Positions 58,345 to 64,000 of a stretch of DNA of 64,000 bases are shown in pieces (position 1 is the first letter of the stretch; each line of letters opens with the position of its first letter). The notes under the pieces are model-generated. The model ran no database searches. It was given only the letters and a program-made list of their open reading frames with translations, and was not told where the DNA came from. The translations under genes and the position numbers were made by a program. The stretch comes from a bacterium (GTDB taxonomy: Bacteria > Bacillota > DTU030 > JBMNJR01), in NCBI GenBank assembly GCA_050951765.1, contig JBMNJR010000003.1, positions 188 to 64,187 of the forward strand. The letters are read 5' to 3'.

Positions 58345-60072
58345 CTAATTTTGGGTTTTGCTTGCCAGCTTTAACATTTCCAAAGCATGCTTTTTTGTTG
58401 TAGCGGTGACTTCCGCTCCACCTAACATCCTTGCCAATTCGTCGACTCTTCCTGCCAAATCAAGGGCTGATACTATAGTAAAAGTACGATTATTTACCGT
58501 TTCCTTAGTGATCTTCCAATGAGAATCAGCCATACTGGCAATTTGCGGCAAATGTGTAATACAAAGGACTTGCCGTTTTGTGCTTAAACGAGATAGTTTT
58601 TCCGCCACCGCTTGCGCAGCTCTGCCACCAATTCCAGCATCTATTTCATCAAATATCAGCGTAGGCACTGCATCAATATCAGCTAGAACGGTTTTTAATC
58701 CCAGCATCACCCGGGACAATTCACCACCGGAGGCAATACGAGCTAAGGGTTTTGGCGTTTCTCCCGGATTAGGGGCTAACAAAAACTCAACTTGATCAAA
58801 GCCCTTGGGACCAATTGCTGGCTTTTTGGTATCCAATGACAAACCTGCTTCCTCTTCCCGTTGAGAAATGGACACAAAAAATTGAGTTTTGGTCATACCT
58901 AATTGTACCAGCTCTGCTTTAACATTTTGGGCAAAGGCTTGTCCCAAAGTTTTGCGCTTCACTGATAAATCATGTGCCGCTGAAATTAACTCTTTCTCAA
59001 CTGCGGCAATCTGTTCTTTTAAAGCGGAACGGGCTTCATCAGTATGAATTAATTTCTCAATTTCTCCTTGCACCCAATTGCCATATTGTAAAATTTCGCT
59101 AATATTTTCTCCATATTTACGTTTTAATTCAGCGATAATATGCAACCTATCTTCTACTTCTTCCAACCGGGCAGGATTCAATTCTAAGTTATCTCGGTAA
59201 GATCTTAATTCATGGGCAATATCATCCAATTGATAATATAAGGAGGTTAGATTATCGACTAATGATTGCAAACGTGCATCTAAACTTGCTGCTTGTTGCA
59301 ACCACGCCAATACCTGCTGTAAATTTTCGATCACTGCCTTAGCTTCGTCATCGCCATAAAGCACTTGGTAGGCAGCTTGTGTCAATTGAAAAAGCTTTTC
59401 CCCATGAAGAAGAATCTCCTTCTGGGACAATAATTCTTCTTCTTCACCTTGCTGTAGTGCAGCAGCAGCAATTTCCCTTGCTTGAAAGGAATATAGATCC
59501 ATTTTCTGCGCCCGTTCCCGGGCACTTGACTCTAACTCTTGCATTTTTTTTTGGAGGGAACGAAACAAACGATATTTTTCTCCCACAAATTGGCGCAAAA
59601 TTATTAACTCTTCGCCACCATAATTATCTAAGAAGTCAATATGGTTTTCCGGTTTCCACAATGATTGATGATCATGCTGCCCATGAATATCAACTAATAA
59701 TTCGCCAATACTTCGCAACATACCAACAGTTGCCAACTTACCGTTAATGCGACAGACATTTTTGCCGTTAACAGTTATTTCCCGCGTTAGTAACAACTGC
59801 CCATCCTCCGCTAATTCCACGTCCAGCTCTGCTAATAAGTTATGCAACTCCGACTTGTCCCATATTTGAAACAATGCCGCTACTCGAGCTTGTTTTGTAC
59901 CAGTTCTAATTAAGTCCAAATTAGCCCGCTGCCCTAAAACTAATCCTAGAGCATCTATTAGAATTGATTTGCCGGCGCCGGTTTCACCGGTGAGAATATT
60001 TAAGCCTGGGGTCAATGCAAGATGCAATCTTTCAATTACAGCCAAATTCTGCACCTCAAGTTCCAGTAACAT
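58345..60072 (-). CDS. recN: DNA repair protein RecN
   Basis: MLLELEVQNLAVIE...LNILTGETGAGKSILIDAL Walker A, a long coiled-coil, and C-terminal signature/Walker B. Confidence 0.95.
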   Translation of the reverse strand: MLLELEVQNLAVIERLHLALTPGLNILTGETGAGKSILIDALGLVLGQRANLDLIRTGTKQARVAALFQIWDKSELHNLLAELDVELAEDGQLLLTREITVNGKNVCRINGKLATVGMLRSIGELLVDIHGQHDHQSLWKPENHIDFLDNYGGEELIILRQFVGEKYRLFRSLQKKMQELESSARERAQKMDLYSFQAREIAAAALQQGEEEELLSQKEILLHGEKLFQLTQAAYQVLYGDDEAKAVIENLQQVLAWLQQAASLDARLQSLVDNLTSLYYQLDDIAHELRSYRDNLELNPARLEEVEDRLHIIAELKRKYGENISEILQYGNWVQGEIEKLIHTDEARSALKEQIAAVEKELISAAHDLSVKRKTLGQAFAQNVKAELVQLGMTKTQFFVSISQREEEAGLSLDTKKPAIGPKGFDQVEFLLAPNPGETPKPLARIASGGELSRVMLGLKTVLADIDAVPTLIFDEIDAGIGGRAAQAVAEKLSRLSTKRQVLCITHLPQIASMADSHWKITKETVNNRTFTIVSALDLAGRVDELARMLGGAEVTATTKKHALEMLKLASKTQN

Positions 60073-60086
60073 ACTCTTCCTCCCCT

Positions 60087-60539
60087 TTATTCCCGCAGGC
60101 TTTCTAATTTCGCTACCACAGCTTCAACTTCCAGTCGTGTCCTGATAACCATAATAATTGTATCATCGCCCGCTACAGTACCGATAATCTCAGGCCAAGC
60201 AAGACCGTCCACCACAGCGGCCACCCCTTGGGCAGAGCCGGTTAGAGTCTTGATTACAATTAAGTTTTCACTGGCAGCTATTTTGATCACCGATTCCCGG
60301 AACATCCGCTGCTGCCTTTGATCAATAACGCCCGGTGTTCTTTCTGCAGGTTTTGCATAACAGTACCGGTTATCCCCCATCGGCACCTTAATCAAACCTA
60401 ACTCTTTGATATCACGGGATACTGTAGCTTGTGTCACCTCAATCCCATGATCGCGGAGATATTCCGCCAACTCTTCCTGTGTTTCAATCTTGTATGTAGA
60501 TATAATCTCTAATATATGTCGTTGCCTTTTGCTTTTCAT
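60087..60539 (-). CDS. argR: Arginine repressor
   Basis: MKSKRQRHILEIIS...EELAEYLRDHGIEVTQATVSRDIKELGL is the ArgR/AhrC winged helix; the C-terminal oligomerisation domain contains GTVAGDDTI. Confidence 0.9.
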   Translation of the reverse strand: MKSKRQRHILEIISTYKIETQEELAEYLRDHGIEVTQATVSRDIKELGLIKVPMGDNRYCYAKPAERTPGVIDQRQQRMFRESVIKIAASENLIVIKTLTGSAQGVAAVVDGLAWPEIIGTVAGDDTIIMVIRTRLEVEAVVAKLESLRE

Positions 60540-60570
60540 CTCTCTTATCCTCCCTTCGGTTTTTTTACCT

Positions 60571-61431
60571 TTAAGCTATAGTTCCATCATGCAACCGGGT
60601 TCGTAATACTCGATAAAAATTGTGTCCCTTAACTCTAATTAGCTTTGCTTTAAACGGGGCACTGGATACAACAACCTGATCATCCGGCTGTAGTTGAAAA
60701 CCAACCTGGCCGTCGCATGTTAACATCACATCCCGGTGATCAGATTTAACCATAATTTTTACTACTTCATGTTCAGGTACTACCAAAGAACGAAAGGACA
60801 AAGTATGGGGACAGATGGGGGTAATTACGATATTCTGCAATTGCGGATTAATAATCGGCCCTCCGGCAGAAAGTGAATAAGCCGTAGAACCTGTTGGTGT
60901 TGCAATAATCAAACCATCTCCCGGATATGTGGCAAAATATTCATTTTCGATAAATGTTTGTAGCCTGATTATGCGTGAAAATGCGCTTTTTGTGACAACT
61001 ACCTCATTCAAGGCCAGATATTGATATACATTGCTCCCTTTCCGATTAACTTTGGCTATTAACATCATCCGCTGCTCAATTTCATATTCTTCTGCAAGAA
61101 TTTCTGTCAATATTTCAAATAGATTAGATGGTTCCACAGAAGTAAGGAAACCTAAATGCCCCAAATTTACGCCAAAAACAGGCACACCGGCAGGTGATAA
61201 TTTGCGAGTGGCCGCCAACAGCGTCCCATCCCCACCCAATACGATAACCATTTGCACCAGCCGAATATATTCCTCCCACTGTAGACCTGGAATAGAAAGG
61301 GATAGATATTTGCTTTGATCCTGCGGCACATAAACAGAGATTCCTTTATTATGCAGCCATTGAAAAACTTGTCCTGCTAATTCGGGAGCATCATCTTTAT
61401 CGACATTAAGATAAATTCCAATGCAATTCAT
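60571..61431 (-). CDS. nadK: NAD kinase
   Basis: GGDGTLL and NEV..T..AFSR...GDG...TPTGSTAYSLSAGGPI motifs. Confidence 0.9.
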   Translation of the reverse strand: MNCIGIYLNVDKDDAPELAGQVFQWLHNKGISVYVPQDQSKYLSLSIPGLQWEEYIRLVQMVIVLGGDGTLLAATRKLSPAGVPVFGVNLGHLGFLTSVEPSNLFEILTEILAEEYEIEQRMMLIAKVNRKGSNVYQYLALNEVVVTKSAFSRIIRLQTFIENEYFATYPGDGLIIATPTGSTAYSLSAGGPIINPQLQNIVITPICPHTLSFRSLVVPEHEVVKIMVKSDHRDVMLTCDGQVGFQLQPDDQVVVSSAPFKAKLIRVKGHNFYRVLRTRLHDGTIA

Positions 61432-61455
61432 AAAATTCCTCTCCTACTTTTCATT

Positions 61456-62262
61456 TTAAACCTCTTTCCAGGCATCCGTTACTATATCCGCAATCATCGT
61501 TAAAGGTTTGGCTTGATGCGCCCCATTTTTGACAAGATACAGGAGATACTCTATATTTCCCTTAGCACCGGTTATGGGGGAAAATGTAATGCCACCCATA
61601 ATTAGACCCAACTCCAGAGCAAAATTTACTACTTGTAGCAAGACTTCCACATGAACTTTAGGGCTGCGTACAATACCACCTTTGCCAACTTGATCGGGAC
61701 CTGCTTCAAATTGTGGCTTCACTAGGGCAACAATTTCGCTCTTAGGTTTCAATACTTCAATAATTTTCGGTAATACCTTTGCTAAGGAAATAAAAGAAAC
61801 ATCAATACAGACAAAATCCACCGGTTCCGGAATAGCTTTTGCTTCCAAGTAGCGAATATTTGTCTTTTCCATTACTACCACTCTTTTGTCTTGGCGCAAC
61901 TTCCAATCTAATTGTCCAAATCCCACATCAACAGCATATACCTTTTCTGCACCATATTGAAGTGCGCAATCTGTAAAACCGCCGGTAGAAGCACCCACAT
62001 CCATAACAATTTTTTTTTCTAACGAGATATTAAAATGCTGTAAAGCCTTTTCCAGTTTAAGCCCACCTCTGCTTACATAAGGATGGGTTTTCCCTAATAT
62101 CCGGATAATTGCCTCTCTAGTTACTCGGGTTCCTGCTTTTTCTATTTTTTCACCATCCACTACAATCAACCCGGCCATAATTGCCGCTTGCGCCTGTTGC
62201 CTGCTAGGAAAGTAATTTCGTCGCACCAATAAAATATCTAACCTTTCTTTTTTTTCATGCAT
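61456..62262 (-). CDS. tlyA: TlyA family rRNA 2'-O-methyltransferase (S4 plus FtsJ domains)
   Basis: [26 protein letters not shown] (S4 domain) and [11 protein letters not shown] (SAM-binding). Confidence 0.85.
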   Translation of the reverse strand: MHEKKERLDILLVRRNYFPSRQQAQAAIMAGLIVVDGEKIEKAGTRVTREAIIRILGKTHPYVSRGGLKLEKALQHFNISLEKKIVMDVGASTGGFTDCALQYGAEKVYAVDVGFGQLDWKLRQDKRVVVMEKTNIRYLEAKAIPEPVDFVCIDVSFISLAKVLPKIIEVLKPKSEIVALVKPQFEAGPDQVGKGGIVRSPKVHVEVLLQVVNFALELGLIMGGITFSPITGAKGNIEYLLYLVKNGAHQAKPLTMIADIVTDAWKEV

Positions 62263-64000
62263 GATTATTCACCGAGTCGTTTTTATTCTGTGCGCAATCC
62301 CAGCCCAGCATTTCCCGAACCGCTTGCCCGATTCCCGCTGCTGTCAAACCGTTTTTTTCCAATAACAGTTCCCTATTTCCATGTTCCACAAAATGATCAC
62401 CATAACCTAACAGTTTCACCTGACAATTAAGCATATTTTTCCGGGCAAGAAGCTCTAATACTGCACTGCCAAATCCTCCCTGGCACACATGATCCTCTAC
62501 AGTTATCAATTTACCGGTAAGTTGTGCCTCTTGGATAATAAGCTCTTCATCCAAAGGTTTCACAAACCGGGCATTAACAACTGTAACATCAATTCCCTCC
62601 TTACTTAACTGTTCCGCAGCAGCACATGCTCTTGCTACCATTGGCCCGAGGGCGAGAATCGTTGCATCTTTACCGCGGCGCAGGATTTCTGCTTTACCAA
62701 CTGTTATGGGGTCCGGATTATCCAGTAAATTGACCCCTTCACCTTTGCCCCGGGGATAGCGGAGCGCAATGGGACCGGAATGATTAAGAGCAGTAACCAG
62801 CATTTGCTGTAGTTCCGCTTCATTGGCTGGCGCCATCACCGCCATTCCCGGAATATGCCGCAAATAGGCCAAATCAAAAACGCCGTGGTGCGTTGGTCCG
62901 TCTTCTCCTACAACTCCACCCCGATCCAGCGCAAAAACCACCGGTAAATGAGGCATGCACACATCATGAACTATTTGATCGTATGCCCGCTGCAAAAAGG
63001 TAGAATATATGGCTACGACCGGTTTAAGTCCACCGGTTGCCAAGCCGGCGGCTAAGGTTACCGCATGTTGCTCCGCTATGCCCACATCAAAACAGCGCTC
63101 CGGAAAACGGGCAGCCAGTTTATCCATTCCTGTTCCGCCGGACATTGCTGCAGTTATGCCAATAATTTTGTTATCAGTTGCCGCCAATTTAACTAAGGTA
63201 TTGCCAAATACTTCTGTATATGAAGGGGGGGCATTAGGATTCTTAACAGCCCGACCAGTCTGCACATCAAACTGCCCGATACCATGAAACCGGTCCGGAT
63301 TATCCTCAGCCGGTTTATACCCCTTTCCCTTAGTGGTCAATACATGGAGAAGTACCGGCCCTTTAATTTTCTTTGCACTTAATAATACTCTTTTTAGTAA
63401 AGGCAGATTGTGCCCATCAATAGGGCCTAGATAAGTAAAACCCAATTCTTCAAAAAGCATCCCTGCTACCAGCAAATACTTTAAACTATCCTTAAGCCGT
63501 TCAACAGTTTTGACCACTCGGCCCCCAATTGCAGGTATTTTCCGTAAAATATACTCTACATCTTCTTTGATGCGAAAGTAAGCCGGGTCAGACCGTAATC
63601 GGCTTAAATACGATGCCATGGCCCCAACGTTAGGCGCTATGGACATTTCATTATCATTTAAGACCACCAACAAATTTGTGCCCAAATCACCGGCATTATT
63701 CAAAGCTTCAAAAGCCATACCTGCGGTCAGGGCACCATCGCCAATAACTGCACAAACATGATAAGCTTCTCCTTGCATATCGCGGGCAAGGGCTAAACCT
63801 AAAGCTGCGGAAATAGAAGTGCTGGTATGGCCAGTGGCAAAGATGTCATGGGGACTTTCCTCCGGTTTGGGAAATCCGCTGAGCCCGCCGGCAGTCCTGA
63901 TGGTAGGCAACATTTCCCGTCGCCCGGTAACTAATTTATGTATATAACTCTGATGACCCACATCCCAGATTATTTTGTCATGAGGACTATTAAACACAGT
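62255..64000 (-). CDS. dxs: 1-deoxy-D-xylulose-5-phosphate synthase; C-terminal about 580 aa only, the N-terminus lies beyond the window end
   Basis: [16 protein letters not shown]...[14 protein letters not shown]...[15 protein letters not shown] is the Dxs TPP/transketolase-like core. The ORF is open at the window edge. Confidence 0.9.
   Translation of the reverse strand, partial: TVFNSPHDKIIWDVGHQSYIHKLVTGRREMLPTIRTAGGLSGFPKPEESPHDIFATGHTSTSISAALGLALARDMQGEAYHVCAVIGDGALTAGMAFEALNNAGDLGTNLLVVLNDNEMSIAPNVGAMASYLSRLRSDPAYFRIKEDVEYILRKIPAIGGRVVKTVERLKDSLKYLLVAGMLFEELGFTYLGPIDGHNLPLLKRVLLSAKKIKGPVLLHVLTTKGKGYKPAEDNPDRFHGIGQFDVQTGRAVKNPNAPPSYTEVFGNTLVKLAATDNKIIGITAAMSGGTGMDKLAARFPERCFDVGIAEQHAVTLAAGLATGGLKPVVAIYSTFLQRAYDQIVHDVCMPHLPVVFALDRGGVVGEDGPTHHGVFDLAYLRHIPGMAVMAPANEAELQQMLVTALNHSGPIALRYPRGKGEGVNLLDNPDPITVGKAEILRRGKDATILALGPMVARACAAAEQLSKEGIDVTVVNARFVKPLDEELIIQEAQLTGKLITVEDHVCQGGFGSAVLELLARKNMLNCQVKLLGYGDHFVEHGNRELLLEKNGLTAAGIGQAVREMLGWDCAQNKNDSVNNHA

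Noticed and set aside
1-64000. CRISPR arrays, rRNA genes, prophage or integrase-flanked islands.
   Set aside because: No spaced direct-repeat arrays, no rRNA-like sequence and no phage structural genes were seen. The only integrase is the chromosomal xerD.

Overview
This is a chromosomal segment from an endospore-forming Firmicute, most likely a Clostridia or Peptococcaceae-like genome, at roughly 45% GC. 62 of the 64 protein-coding genes lie on the minus strand. The gene content is mostly conserved sporulation and housekeeping loci in Bacillus-like order:
- spoIVA, der, cmk, plsC, a bifunctional ispH/rpsA gene and fni.
- spmA-spmB, scpA-scpB, trpS and lysA, the last preceded by a lysine riboswitch.
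- A spoVA operon (AA, AB, AC, AD, AEb, AF) directly followed by the spoIIA operon (dacF, spoIIAA, spoIIAB, sigF).
- punA-deoB-xerD-spoIIM-nudF.
- A four-subunit 2-oxoacid:ferredoxin oxidoreductase with buk and ptb, where ptb carries an in-frame TAA stop.
- A SteA/SteB-like gene pair with two glycosyltransferases.
- spo0A-spoIVB-recN-argR-nadK-tlyA-dxs, with dxs truncated at the window end.
The 5' end is accessory: a truncated speH start, then two IS elements, an unusual membrane protein and tRNA-Pro(GGG). The first IS runs from about 170 to 1901 and has imperfect ~27-bp terminal inverted repeats and GTCAAG flanks. The second is ISLre2-like and has a hairpin that sequesters its ribosome-binding site.
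The non-canonical content most worth follow-up is:
- A YIEGIA-family protein with its small capping partner, inside the spoIVA/der neighbourhood.
- Tandem DUF3189 paralogs; the second reads in frame into a PDZ/radical-SAM-like DUF512 protein, all translationally coupled to der.
- Four extra genes in the spoVA operon:
  - a dodecin followed by a strong intrinsic terminator, between spoVAB and spoVAC;
  - a 129-aa membrane protein, before spoVAF;
  - an HgdC-type activase with a Cys-rich tail whose start overlaps the spoVAF stop (ATGA);
  - a possible 52-aa membrane ORF between sigF and spoVAA.
No CRISPR array, rRNA or prophage was seen.
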